Shown in pieces: positions 29,936-39,006 of a stretch of DNA of 64,000 nt. The notes below the pieces were generated by a model, which saw nothing but the letters and a program-made list of their open reading frames with translations, had not been told where the DNA came from and searched no databases. Where the stretch lies: positions 53-64,052 of IMG/VR virus record IMGVR_UViG_3300048086_000013; one strand, 5' to 3'. The stretch's first letter is position 1. The number at the start of each line of letters is the position of its first letter. Source of the DNA: a virus. Taxonomy: Duplodnaviria > Caudoviricetes. A program made the translations under genes and the position numbers.

Positions 29936-30624
29936 TACCTGCCACTCATTGCGTCGCGAATCTTCTGCATGATGCTCTGACGAACTTCGTCAGTTGCATC
30001 ACCAGCCAGAGGCGGATGCTTCTTGATCGCCTGCCGGTACATGTTCTGCAACGCCTCGTACTCATCACGTGTTGCAGCGCCGAGAGGATTGAGCCCAATG
30101 CCACGGCTCTGCTGCCCCATCGCGCCCAAAGCGTTACCGAGACCACGATTGAGAGGTCCACCTAACAACCTCGATGGTTGTTGCGGAGCGAACGTCTTCT
30201 TGACGTATTCCTCGTCGTTCTTCTCGCCAGCGAAAGCAGCCTGAGGACGGGGGTCGTAGCTCAGCGGCCAGTATTCCTCGAACGCGCAGTTCCAGCAGAA
30301 GCAACGCGCCAGCGCCTTGAAGGTTGTCATCGGATCGTCTTGCACGAGGATGTGGAAACGCGTAACGGTGATCTCGCCGTGCGATTTCTCTTTCACGCAC
30401 GACGGGCAGCCGATGAACTTCAGCGCATGCTGTGCCTCTAACAACACGAATTTGTTGATGCACGAGAACCGACCACGGTAATGCTGGTTCATGTCGGCTT
30501 CGGTCATGTACTGCGGAGAGATCGGCTTGCCAATCGACTCCCACAGTTTCTGTCGGTCGAGCGAGCCGGTGATAGTTTTGCTGATGTCCGAACGCTCGGG
30601 CAGGTGATCGTGCACTTCGCTCAT
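29935..30624 (-). CDS. Hypothetical protein with Cys clusters (possible zinc finger)
   Basis: CPSC...CFCWNC. Confidence 0.55.
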   Translation of the reverse strand: MSEVHDHLPERSDISKTITGSLDRQKLWESIGKPISPQYMTEADMNQHYRGRFSCINKFVLLEAQHALKFIGCPSCVKEKSHGEITVTRFHILVQDDPMTTFKALARCFCWNCAFEEYWPLSYDPRPQAAFAGEKNDEEYVKKTFAPQQPSRLLGGPLNRGLGNALGAMGQQSRGIGLNPLGAATRDEYEALQNMYRQAIKKHPPLAGDATDEVRQSIMQKIRDAMSGR

Positions 30625-30830
30625 ACGCTCACTCCACAACGGCGCAGCATCGCAGCAGCATTCTTCGCGGCGCGCCAGTCAGACTTGTTAGACCCACAAA
30701 AAATAATTCTGCCGGACGGCGCAACGAGCTTTAGGTGCCCATTGGCCGTCTTGGTTATGCTCCACCCGGCGCGGCGAACAGCATCCTCTATGGGATGCCA
30801 CTCCTTGCCGCGCGCGACGTACGTACTCAT
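30621..30830 (-). CDS. HicA-like (dsRBD-fold) protein
   Basis: GWSI..TANGHLKL..P.G.....SD.RA..N motif. Confidence 0.6.
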   Translation of the reverse strand: MSTYVARGKEWHPIEDAVRRAGWSITKTANGHLKLVAPSGRIIFCGSNKSDWRAAKNAAAMLRRCGVSV

Positions 30831-31153
30831 GTCTGAGTATTCTCCGGCCGGTCGATGCGCGACTCAAGCGCGCATTCACCCGCAAGCCCGGTGTACCCGG
30901 CAAGATCAACATACGAATCTCGCTTCGGTTTGCCAGTCGTGCTGCGAGCTAGTTTTAGGCAGATGAGAAACCGCCACCCGTCAAGCTCGCTGAGCTTGTT
31001 GCCGGTGAGTACTTCGAATAGTTTGACGGTCTGTTCCATCGAGCGCTCACCGCCTTGATATCCCTTGCCGTCGTAATCGACACCACGTTGCTTCAGGATG
31101 TCAGCAGCTTCGGAGAGAATGCCGTCCGGCGCTGTCGCCTTGTTAGTCGCCAT
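30827..31153 (-). CDS. DUF6378-like helical phage protein
   Basis: IL.EA..I..RG.DY...LKLAR......DSYVDLAGY. Confidence 0.7.
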   Translation of the reverse strand: MATNKATAPDGILSEAADILKQRGVDYDGKGYQGGERSMEQTVKLFEVLTGNKLSELDGWRFLICLKLARSTTGKPKRDSYVDLAGYTGLAGECALESRIDRPENTQT

Positions 31154-31328
31154 TCTTGTCCACGATGTCGAGAATCTGTGCCTCCTGTTTTGCCAGTCGC
31201 TCCTGCGATTCCGTATGTAAGAGCGTGTTGTTCGTACCGCACGCGACGCCAGAGGCGATCACGTCGATGACGTAGTTGCGGATGAATGCCAAGTCCGCAA
31301 GCTTCTCGGCGCGCGACTGCTTAGCCAC
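31143..31328 (-). CDS. Hypothetical protein
   Basis: 61 aa, coupled ORF. Confidence 0.5.
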   Translation of the reverse strand: MAKQSRAEKLADLAFIRNYVIDVIASGVACGTNNTLLHTESQERLAKQEAQILDIVDKNGD

Positions 31329-31596
31329 GGCGCTTCACCGTCACAACACCGGACAGATATCCACGGCCGTTGGCAGCTTCTGCGGCCAGCCACGCGGCGT
31401 TCCAGCGCAACGTGCCCCAATGCTCACGCGGCATGAGCGGCGCGCCGGGATGCACCAGCATCGGCTGCATCGAATGCCGGAACGACTTGAACACGTCATT
31501 GAAGACGCGGCAGGCGTGGTTGTTCCACTTGGCCCATTGCTTCTTCTGGACCTTGTTGCGGTTGCCGACCTTGCGGCCGAGATTCGGATTCGTCAT
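31321..31596 (-). CDS. Hypothetical protein, first gene of the replication operon
   Basis: GGAG RBS, 91 aa. Confidence 0.55.
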   Translation of the reverse strand: MTNPNLGRKVGNRNKVQKKQWAKWNNHACRVFNDVFKSFRHSMQPMLVHPGAPLMPREHWGTLRWNAAWLAAEAANGRGYLSGVVTVKRRG

Positions 31597-31837
31597 TTCG
31601 TCTCCAAGTTGTTAGTCGCTCAATCGAGGGCTGCTCAGGCAAGTCAAAATTGCAAGAGACTGACGCTTGGCTCCCTGCATTTGGTTTGTTAGACCTCAGT
31701 TCACAGGCCGTCTTCACTTCCGGGGTGTCAACTAAGTATCGCCTTAGTACGCGTCTCTTCCCTTTCAGGCAAGCGGGAGAAACCGCTTTTTGTAATCTAG
31801 CCCACGTTTGATGATAGTTCAAGCCGCTCGTGAGAAC

Positions 31838-31863
31838 AAAAAAATCCCCGCATTGCTGCGGGG
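31838..31863 (-). terminator. Rho-independent terminator ending the early block
   Basis: On the - strand: CCCCGCA-GCAA-TGCGGGG followed by ATTTTTTTG. Confidence 0.8.
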
Positions 31864-31868
31864 ATAAA

Positions 31869-31883
31869 TCACACAGTGTGTGA
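31869..31883. promoter_or_regulatory. 15-bp palindrome TCACACASTGTGTGA, operator-like; other copies at 34009, 35635, 37650, 38692, 40556, 43127, 43393, 43656
   Basis: Perfect 7-1-7 inverted repeat; nine exact or one-mismatch copies read directly from the sequence. Confidence 0.7.
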
Positions 31884-31884
31884 A

Positions 31885-32610
31885 TCAGCCTTGCACCCGT
31901 CCCACGTGGATCAGGTTGTCGATCTCGGGGAGCATCAGACATTCTGCAATCATGTGGGTAAGCGGGGCATACGTCTCGGGCTTGAACTCGTCTTCCAGCC
32001 CATCAGCCACCACATCCACATTCGAGTCAGTGGGATCGGGATCGACCCACTTGATCGCGCCATCGGGATACGGTGATTTGGCCTTCGCCTTATGAACCTT
32101 CTCAGCTCCCCATTCGCCAAGGAAGCCTTGAAGCTCAGGCCACAACCGCACTACCTGTCCGTATGTCGAGCACACACTGCCGATGCGCTTCACCTTGGAG
32201 ACAACGTTCATCGTCTCCTTGTTGTACTGCATCCACGTGGGTATCCACGCTTGGATCAGCTCACGCATCCCATCGGGTAAGCCAGCGAAGGGCATGTTCA
32301 AGTCGCGCGGCAGCGGATGATCTTCATCCATTGTCACAGTGACTCGCCTAATACCCTTGCCATCCGGCCCCGGACATCCAATGATCGTGAACTCTCTGTG
32401 CATCTTCAGGACGTGTATTCCACGGAATAGATTCATCGCCTCTAACTGGGCAGGAGTCCACAACGTCATATACACATCCATCGCTGGCACCGGGAAGGGC
32501 ACCATCAACATATGCCGATTGTTCATCATGGACTCAACCTTGCTACCCATCTGATCCCTGATCCATACCTCGATGTCCTTCTCGGGGTTCTTCGAACCGC
32601 GCCTGCTCAT
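31885..32610 (-). CDS. Hypothetical protein (Nmad5-like WPEL motif), paralog of the next gene
   Basis: STYGQVVRLWPEL and C-terminal IAECLMLPE. Confidence 0.55.
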   Translation of the reverse strand: MSRRGSKNPEKDIEVWIRDQMGSKVESMMNNRHMLMVPFPVPAMDVYMTLWTPAQLEAMNLFRGIHVLKMHREFTIIGCPGPDGKGIRRVTVTMDEDHPLPRDLNMPFAGLPDGMRELIQAWIPTWMQYNKETMNVVSKVKRIGSVCSTYGQVVRLWPELQGFLGEWGAEKVHKAKAKSPYPDGAIKWVDPDPTDSNVDVVADGLEDEFKPETYAPLTHMIAECLMLPEIDNLIHVGRVQG

Positions 32611-33347
32611 AACCCCTCCACGTAGAAGTTCACCCACCCTGTTAGGGGCAGGTTACGTTCGGGCAGCATCACGCAGGTAGCTAACATCTCGGTCACGAAG
32701 CGCCTCTCTTCGGCAGAGATTTCACGCATCAATCCCTCACGTAGCTTCCGTCCATGTGCAGCAGGCAACGGCGGGAATATCCGTCGATACTTCAGGAAGT
32801 TCAGCAGCTCGGGCCACGCTGCCGTGACCTCCGCTCCTGACTTGGCCTGCACTTCCAGCTTGGCAATCGCGGCGAACACACGCTGTATTCCATCCTCGAT
32901 CTTCAAGCACTGGTCCACCCACTTTGTTAGTTTGTCATAGCAAGGGTGATCCAGCGGTAGCTCGAACGGCGTGCCCATCCTGTAAACAGGAATGGGTAAG
33001 TTCTCCGGCGTATACATCCAGAAGACATCATCAGTCTTCGTGCCGACGTGCACGACATTGAGCTTGCCGTTGTGTTTCGTCTGACTCCCGTCAGTCGAAG
33101 ATGTTAGACACTGCATGAGATTCTGGGCGCGATCACTCAGCTTCGCACCCGGTATGAACATGCCTTCCTCCGCCATCCGCTTGACGACGACTGGCATGCA
33201 GCCGAAATACGCTTCCTCCGAAGTAGTTGGGAACGTGACTGTCCGTCTCAATCGCCTGAGGTACGGGTCCAGTTGATCCCTGATTGGCAAATCGCCCACG
33301 GCCGATGGACGACCGCCCATGTGCAATGGTGGTCTCGTGTTGGCCAT
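32607..33347 (-). CDS. Hypothetical protein (WPEL motif), paralog of the previous gene
   Basis: SGAEVTAAWPEL and C-terminal LATCVMLPE. Confidence 0.55.
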   Translation of the reverse strand: MANTRPPLHMGGRPSAVGDLPIRDQLDPYLRRLRRTVTFPTTSEEAYFGCMPVVVKRMAEEGMFIPGAKLSDRAQNLMQCLTSSTDGSQTKHNGKLNVVHVGTKTDDVFWMYTPENLPIPVYRMGTPFELPLDHPCYDKLTKWVDQCLKIEDGIQRVFAAIAKLEVQAKSGAEVTAAWPELLNFLKYRRIFPPLPAAHGRKLREGLMREISAEERRFVTEMLATCVMLPERNLPLTGWVNFYVEGL

Positions 33348-33350
33348 GGG

Positions 33351-34568
33351 CTACTCGTCGTCGCTGCCGCGCTTGATCTTGACCGGGATTTCCTCACCCC
33401 ATGGCGCCTTGACATCCGTGGTCTTGCACCAGATCACCGGGTAGGTAGGCTCATCGGGGAAGTCTCCATACATATCGGTAAAGTAGATCAGCGCGCTCGG
33501 GCGCCAGCCTTCCTTCTCGACGTGCTCGAACGGCGGCTTGAAACTCGTGCCTCCTCCGCCACCCAGCTTGGGAGGATTGGACTTCAGGCACTCGCCTGCT
33601 TCCAAGATGTGCACGGAGTTCACCGCCGCGTCGCAGCCAATCAACGCCACACTCGTTGGCCGACACGTCATCAGGATGTCGTCGAGTTCACCGAAGAACG
33701 TATCCAGCTCGGCTTGCCCGATACTTCCAGAAGTATCGACCACGACTACCACATCACCAGCAGCGAAGCCCGTGTACGAGGGTAGGTAGGTCCCCTGCAT
33801 AATGAGTCGGCGACGGTGCGGCTTGGCCCACGTGGTGGCATCACGTGAGATGGCTCGGGACACATGATAGCGAAGCCTCTCCTGCCACGTGACTTGTGGC
33901 TTGACGAAGTTCTGCGCGAACCGTTCCAGTGCCTGCGGTAGTTTGCCCATCGCCTTGGCAGCTTCCATGGCCGTCTGCACTGCACGCTTGACCTCGGCCT
34001 CGTTCAAGTCACACGGTGTGTGAATGTGTACGTCGAGTGTCCCGCCGTCGTTGCCGTCATCGGCCACCTGACCAACGCTGCAATATATCTTCTTGGGCGG
34101 CGGCATCTGGTTCTTCAGATCACGGTACACGTCTTCGACTAGCATGTCGTTGGTGTACTTCTTGTCTAACAACCCCACGGATGGCATCTTACCGATGCCC
34201 GACTTGACCAACATGTCATTGATCACGTAGTCGCCCGCCCAGTTCCAGCGACGAGGGTCGAACTCTTCGCCCTCGAATCCAACATCGTGATACCGCTTCG
34301 CTCGGGCCATGTGCATCCACATCGCATGCCCGATCTCGTGGCAGATCACGAACACTGCCTCGGGTAGTTTGAGAGAGTTGAGAAACGTCTCGCTGATGTA
34401 GATGTTCTTACCATCCGTGGCCATCGTGCTTGGACGGTCCCCGAATATCTCGGGGAACTCGCCGATCTCCACGTTCATCATGTCGAACAGCAGCGACGAA
34501 AAGAACGGCACGTGCACGAGCATGGCCGTCTTGATCTCGGTGTACTTCGGATGCTCAGACGCTTGCAT
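33351..34568 (-). CDS. DUF2201-type putative metallopeptidase with a C-terminal vWA domain
   Basis: ATDG, CHEIGH (HExxH), DYVIN, vWA MIDAS DTSGS, GGGTSF, YFTDMYG; start placed at ATG 34568. Confidence 0.85.
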   Translation of the reverse strand: MQASEHPKYTEIKTAMLVHVPFFSSLLFDMMNVEIGEFPEIFGDRPSTMATDGKNIYISETFLNSLKLPEAVFVICHEIGHAMWMHMARAKRYHDVGFEGEEFDPRRWNWAGDYVINDMLVKSGIGKMPSVGLLDKKYTNDMLVEDVYRDLKNQMPPPKKIYCSVGQVADDGNDGGTLDVHIHTPCDLNEAEVKRAVQTAMEAAKAMGKLPQALERFAQNFVKPQVTWQERLRYHVSRAISRDATTWAKPHRRRLIMQGTYLPSYTGFAAGDVVVVVDTSGSIGQAELDTFFGELDDILMTCRPTSVALIGCDAAVNSVHILEAGECLKSNPPKLGGGGGTSFKPPFEHVEKEGWRPSALIYFTDMYGDFPDEPTYPVIWCKTTDVKAPWGEEIPVKIKRGSDDE

Positions 34569-35844
34569 TGTCCATCTCCTGAATAATCGAAGCCGCGTGC
34601 GCTGCAACCTGCGTACGAATGGTCGCCTTCTCGCGAAGGTCCTTGCACTCATGAGTGCACAGGTGCTTCTCGATCTTGGCGCGGATGGTTTCCACAGTGG
34701 AATCACCCGTGACGTTGAGATGCGCTAACAAGTGCGCCACATCACGAACGTTCTGCACGAGCGTGTTGTGGAACATCTTCGCAGGATCAGCGAGCCGCTC
34801 GGCCATCCTGCCTACGGCGTCATGCACGCGCAGCCACACATCTTGCATGGCATGCTCGGCTTGCAGCCGCGTGTTCTCGTTCACCTTGGCAGCCAGCATG
34901 TCGAGCTGCACCTTCGGCAAGCCACCGAAATCTTCGCCCTTCGGAATGGGCTGGAAGTCGAATGACAAGTCGAAGTGTGAACGGATTGACGACACGTTCG
35001 GGTACTCGCGTACGTCGAACCGCTTGCCCAGCTTCTTCTTGGCCGTGGCGATCAGGTTCGGATACTCAGGCTCGAACGCATTCAACGCGTTCACCATGTT
35101 GGCCTTGTGCTTGGCCATCTCCATGGTGTACTCCACGAACAAGGTGTTAGGCAGCAGCCTGCCACCCGTGCGTCGACCGTTGTCGTCCATGCTGGTCGTC
35201 GACCATGGCAAGGTCAGCCGATAGTGCGTGACCCGCGCTTCATCAATCGCCTTGTGAATGGCCTTGAGCAAGCCATCCGCACCGACTAACAAACGTTTGC
35301 GAGTCTCGAACGAATTCTCGTCCGCCTCACCCATGGTGGCAGCATCCTTGCTAGCCTGCCGGTCCTTCACCTTCGCGTGCCATCGTGCCGTGTTCAACGT
35401 CACAAGGGTTGCGAAGTTGCGGATGTCCATTGTCTCGGCGAAATCATCCGCCGTGAACGTTGGCATCTTGACCGACTGCGTGCCCGTGCGAGCCGTGGTG
35501 TCGGTGAACACACCAGCGCCAGCCGCAATGGCGTTGTCGATCTGCTCAGACGATCCGTCGTCCAAGCCAGCATCGGCCATCGCCATCTCGCCGCCTACTT
35601 CAGTGTTGGCAGCGACCACAATCGGATCGGCTGGTAACACACTGTGTGAATCCTCACCCATCAAGCCAGCGAGGAAGTCTTCGTCGCTGACTGCCGCCGC
35701 AGCAGCCTTGGGTAAGGCCGCAGGACCTGCGTTGGCAATCACGTTGACAACCGTCTTCGTCTTGGTGGGCAGGGGTTTCTTCTCGTCCAAGATATCGGCG
35801 AGCAAGCTCTCGATATCGCTCATGTCATCGTTTGGGGATGGCAT
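34555..35844 (-). CDS. DUF3150-like protein with an acidic N-terminal extension
   Basis: Helical; LPW...G.RLLP, F..EYP, F..DF.F.P; lies between the ATPase and vWA genes. Confidence 0.6.
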   Translation of the reverse strand: MPSPNDDMSDIESLLADILDEKKPLPTKTKTVVNVIANAGPAALPKAAAAAVSDEDFLAGLMGEDSHSVLPADPIVVAANTEVGGEMAMADAGLDDGSSEQIDNAIAAGAGVFTDTTARTGTQSVKMPTFTADDFAETMDIRNFATLVTLNTARWHAKVKDRQASKDAATMGEADENSFETRKRLLVGADGLLKAIHKAIDEARVTHYRLTLPWSTTSMDDNGRRTGGRLLPNTLFVEYTMEMAKHKANMVNALNAFEPEYPNLIATAKKKLGKRFDVREYPNVSSIRSHFDLSFDFQPIPKGEDFGGLPKVQLDMLAAKVNENTRLQAEHAMQDVWLRVHDAVGRMAERLADPAKMFHNTLVQNVRDVAHLLAHLNVTGDSTVETIRAKIEKHLCTHECKDLREKATIRTQVAAHAASIIQEMDNASV

Positions 35845-35962
35845 TGATTCTCTCCTTCAGTGCAGTAGCATCGGCGTTCGGCATGATAGTTAGAGCGATC
35901 AGCCCTAACAAACCAGCCCCGATGAGGAACATTGCCGCGAGTGCTCTACGCAGGCCCATCAT
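35825..35962 (-). CDS. 45-aa putative membrane peptide
   Basis: ATGA overlap with the ATPase stop; MMGLRRALAAMFLIGAGLLGLIALTIMP hydrophobic helix. Confidence 0.45.
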   Translation of the reverse strand: MMGLRRALAAMFLIGAGLLGLIALTIMPNADATALKERINAIPKR

Positions 35963-37014
35963 TTGCCTAACAGGTTTGCGGCCATCACCAGCTCCTTGTT
36001 GTCGCGCAGCCATGCCGCGAAGTCCGGAGTACGCACGAGTCCCGGCGAACGGTTGAACGCGCCCCGTAATCCCGCCACTTGGAACTCGCGTCCCATGCGC
36101 TTCAGATACGTGAAGCAAGCCTTGGCCGTCTTGTCGTCCACGCGATGGGCAACCATCTGCATGGCGGCGTACGACGCATCAGAACGCTTCGGTAGCTCGG
36201 CGCTGCTCGGGTTGGCCACGATCTCTTCGAAGCTCGGCAATTGTTCAGCCACCCTCAGGAATGCGACGAACTCTGCCGCTGCTCCTTCTCCGATCAGGCC
36301 AGCCGCAACCTCGGTGAACATCGCCATTTCCAGCTCACCAATGAACTGGGACAACATCACCAACGAACGCGGCGTGCAGAACGGACCGGGCTTTTCCGGA
36401 ATCGTGTCAGCAAACACGGCACCGGGCTTGACCTTGGCGAACGCGATGGCCAGCGGATGCACACCCGTTTTCTCGGCCCAGTCCACCCACGCATCCAAGT
36501 TCGGCTCGATCTTGAGCCTGATCCGGCGATTCGTGATGAACGCCAGCTCACGCTGCACACCTGATCGGTCAGTCTCCCTGTTAGATGCAGCGACCACGAT
36601 CCATCCCGGAGGAAGCTGGTAGCTTCCCACACGACGATGCAACAGCAGCTCCGCTGCGGGCTTCTGAACATCATGCGATGCCTGACCCAGCTCATCCAAG
36701 AACAGGATGCCTCGGGCTGGCTCGTTCGGTTGCACGGCCCACGGCGGCGTCGTGAACACCATGGCGGGCTTGCCAGTTGAATCCTTGGTGGGCACGCCGA
36801 AGCCCCGGACATCGGGCGGCTCGACCGTGGTGAGATGGAATGCCTTGCACATCACCGGCTCACCTATCTTGTGGCCGTAGTCGGCGCAGGCTTGCTCGAC
36901 GATGCTCGACTTGCCCAGACCGGGACCGCTTTCGAACAGCATGGCGTTGTAAATGCCTTTGTCAGCCAGTTCGAGGGTCTTGATGATTAGGGCCTTTGCT
37001 TCATTGATTTTCAT
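35959..37014 (-). CDS. AAA+ ATPase (MoxR/dynein-related type)
   Basis: GPGLGKS Walker A, ILFLDEL Walker B, AASNR sensor, TPRS. Confidence 0.88.
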   Translation of the reverse strand: MKINEAKALIIKTLELADKGIYNAMLFESGPGLGKSSIVEQACADYGHKIGEPVMCKAFHLTTVEPPDVRGFGVPTKDSTGKPAMVFTTPPWAVQPNEPARGILFLDELGQASHDVQKPAAELLLHRRVGSYQLPPGWIVVAASNRETDRSGVQRELAFITNRRIRLKIEPNLDAWVDWAEKTGVHPLAIAFAKVKPGAVFADTIPEKPGPFCTPRSLVMLSQFIGELEMAMFTEVAAGLIGEGAAAEFVAFLRVAEQLPSFEEIVANPSSAELPKRSDASYAAMQMVAHRVDDKTAKACFTYLKRMGREFQVAGLRGAFNRSPGLVRTPDFAAWLRDNKELVMAANLLGK

Positions 37015-37067
37015 GGATGTCTCTTGTGTGAATGATAGTTAGATCGACGTAACGTCTCGCGACGTGC

Positions 37068-37475
37068 TTACTGCATGAACGTGAGTAGTTGGGTCACGTG
37101 CTCGTGGATTTCCTTCAGCTCGTTCTTCACGCTCATGTATTTGCCCGATGGCGAATCAGCTCGAATCATGCTGCTGAGACGATTGTAGGGGCGAGCAGAC
37201 AGATTGCACGTCTGCCTATCGCCCTCGGCCTTGTGCATCAGGTTCAGTCGCTCGGTGAGATTGGAGCAGGTGTCACGTAGCTCCTTAATCACCGCGTCCA
37301 ACTTCTGCGCACGTACGCCAAGCATGTCTTCCACTGCCGTGATGCCTTGACCAAGGCTGTGCAGTCGCGCAGCCATGAAGCTGGTGTGCTTGGTGTACGC
37401 GTCCTCGTGGTTTGCCAGCCGTAGCTCAAGTCCTGCCACGGATGTCTTGTTGCTGCGGCGCTTTGATTTCTTCAT
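37068..37475 (-). CDS. Hypothetical coiled-coil protein
   Basis: 135 aa, AAGGA RBS. Confidence 0.55.
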   Translation of the reverse strand: MKKSKRRSNKTSVAGLELRLANHEDAYTKHTSFMAARLHSLGQGITAVEDMLGVRAQKLDAVIKELRDTCSNLTERLNLMHKAEGDRQTCNLSARPYNRLSSMIRADSPSGKYMSVKNELKEIHEHVTQLLTFMQ

Positions 37476-37506
37476 AGGATGTCCTTAGTTTGTATTAATC
37501 ATGTGC

Positions 37507-37812
37507 TCAAATCAACTTTTCTGCTGCTGTTCCCTCCGTCATGATTGCCAACAGGGATTCGTCGTTGAGGTTGCTGGCGTATTCCTCTGGCCGACCGATT
37601 TGTGCAATGCGTCCGCCGAACTGCGCCCATGGATACCCGTTCTTACCAATCACACAGTGTGTGATTCCGTCCTTGATCCATTCTTTCTTGCGCGAGAAGT
37701 AGGTCTCTTCCAACTGGCTGATCTCGATCACACGGAAAGGCGCTTCTTCACGCAGCCATTGGCGACGCAACGCTCCCTCAGCCTTACGCTTGGCGCCAAT
37801 CGGTTTGGTCAT
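37507..37812 (-). CDS. Small early protein with a C-terminal MTEGTAA motif
   Basis: 101 aa, coupled ORF. Confidence 0.6.
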   Translation of the reverse strand: MTKPIGAKRKAEGALRRQWLREEAPFRVIEISQLEETYFSRKKEWIKDGITHCVIGKNGYPWAQFGGRIAQIGRPEEYASNLNDESLLAIMTEGTAAEKLI

Positions 37813-38048
37813 TTGTTATACCTCTCGGTCTTCCACGCACTCTCTTCTGCCGCCGTGCCAGCAGTCATGATCACTTCGGCCGCGCGTAGGTTCATGTCCT
37901 CGGCCATAGCATGGATATCAATAGCCGAACCGCATCGCCTAACAACATCGCCGTTGCGGTCATAGATAGCTTGCGTCAGGACTGGATCAGGTGGATGGAA
38001 CAACGGCCCGCCTCTGAATGGCGCACGATCTGCCAGTGGCTTAAGCAT
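37809..38048 (-). CDS. Small early protein with a C-terminal MTAGTAA motif
   Basis: 79 aa, overlaps its neighbours by 4-8 bp. Confidence 0.55.
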   Translation of the reverse strand: MLKPLADRAPFRGGPLFHPPDPVLTQAIYDRNGDVVRRCGSAIDIHAMAEDMNLRAAEVIMTAGTAAEESAWKTERYNK

Positions 38049-38418
38049 AGCTAGATGCCTCCGTGCCTCGCGCCATCAGCCAGCGCGCGTAGTGGTAACT
38101 CAATCCATCCCTTTGTGCCTGTGCCATGACGAGCCTACTCCATCGCTCGACCGGAACGCCCCACTCCTTACTGACCTCCCACATTCGCTCGATGCGGTAT
38201 GCCCCTCTGTCCTTGTGCTTGACTTGAGTGCGAATTCCGTTCACAGCTTGTTTGTTAGGCTTGCACCACACAGCATAAGAAAAGCTGCCACCGTTGCCGT
38301 ACTGTATCCTCGCAACACGCTTTATAAACGGCTTCGATGTGATCTCGTGGTAGCACTCTTCTGTCTGCTTCTGGTACTCAGCCGCCCGCTTCCTCCAACG
38401 TGTGCTAGCTAACATCAT
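38041..38418 (-). CDS. Small early protein with a C-terminal MARGTEA motif
   Basis: 125 aa, coupled ORF. Confidence 0.55.
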   Translation of the reverse strand: MMLASTRWRKRAAEYQKQTEECYHEITSKPFIKRVARIQYGNGGSFSYAVWCKPNKQAVNGIRTQVKHKDRGAYRIERMWEVSKEWGVPVERWSRLVMAQAQRDGLSYHYARWLMARGTEASSYA

Positions 38419-38648
38419 AGGTCACGCGCGTTGGTCCCTTCAGTCATGATGTGTCTGGCAGCGCGAGTGTTTAGCGACTCGACGGTGTGCTCAGCGGCAG
38501 CCAGCGTAAACCAGCCACCGACCTTATACGCATCGCCGAACCTATCTATAACCCGCCACTCATGCCCCGTTGCGCTTGGATGCTCTATGTCTTTTATTGC
38601 GCTCCACGGTGCTCCTTGCACTGCCTGCTCGAAGCTCAGCCCTTGCAT
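38415..38648 (-). CDS. Small early protein with a C-terminal MTEGTNA motif
   Basis: AAGGAG RBS before ATG 38648. Confidence 0.55.
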   Translation of the reverse strand: MQGLSFEQAVQGAPWSAIKDIEHPSATGHEWRVIDRFGDAYKVGGWFTLAAAEHTVESLNTRAARHIMTEGTNARDL

Positions 38649-39006
38649 CTTCCCGCTCCTTGTTGTCCCATGAGTATTTGCTAGCCGCCAGTAACACACT
38701 GTGTGACTCAGCGACCAGCGCCGGTTGGTGATAGTTAGCCTTGGCCTTCGCATACCATCGTGCGTACTTGATATACCAATGCGTCGCGCGAGACTTGGCC
38801 TCACCGAATTGCTGAACCAAGTCCATGTACGCTTTGCCCTCCTTCGTGTTGTGAACCCACACGCCTATACCGCGAAGTGTCTGGCCCTTCCAGCCCAGCT
38901 CGTGATGCACGTAATCGAAGTAACGCTGCAATGGTGCTCCGTGCTTGAGTGCCACCGCAGTGAAGAACGTTTCCAAGGGAACGCACAAACCCTTACGCCC
39001 GCCCAT
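38560..39006 (-). CDS. Hypothetical early protein
   Basis: 148 aa, GGAGG RBS; its 3' end overlaps the next ORF by about 90 bp. Confidence 0.5.
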   Translation of the reverse strand: MGGRKGLCVPLETFFTAVALKHGAPLQRYFDYVHHELGWKGQTLRGIGVWVHNTKEGKAYMDLVQQFGEAKSRATHWYIKYARWYAKAKANYHQPALVAESHSVLLAASKYSWDNKEREDARAELRAGSARSTVERNKRHRASKRNGA

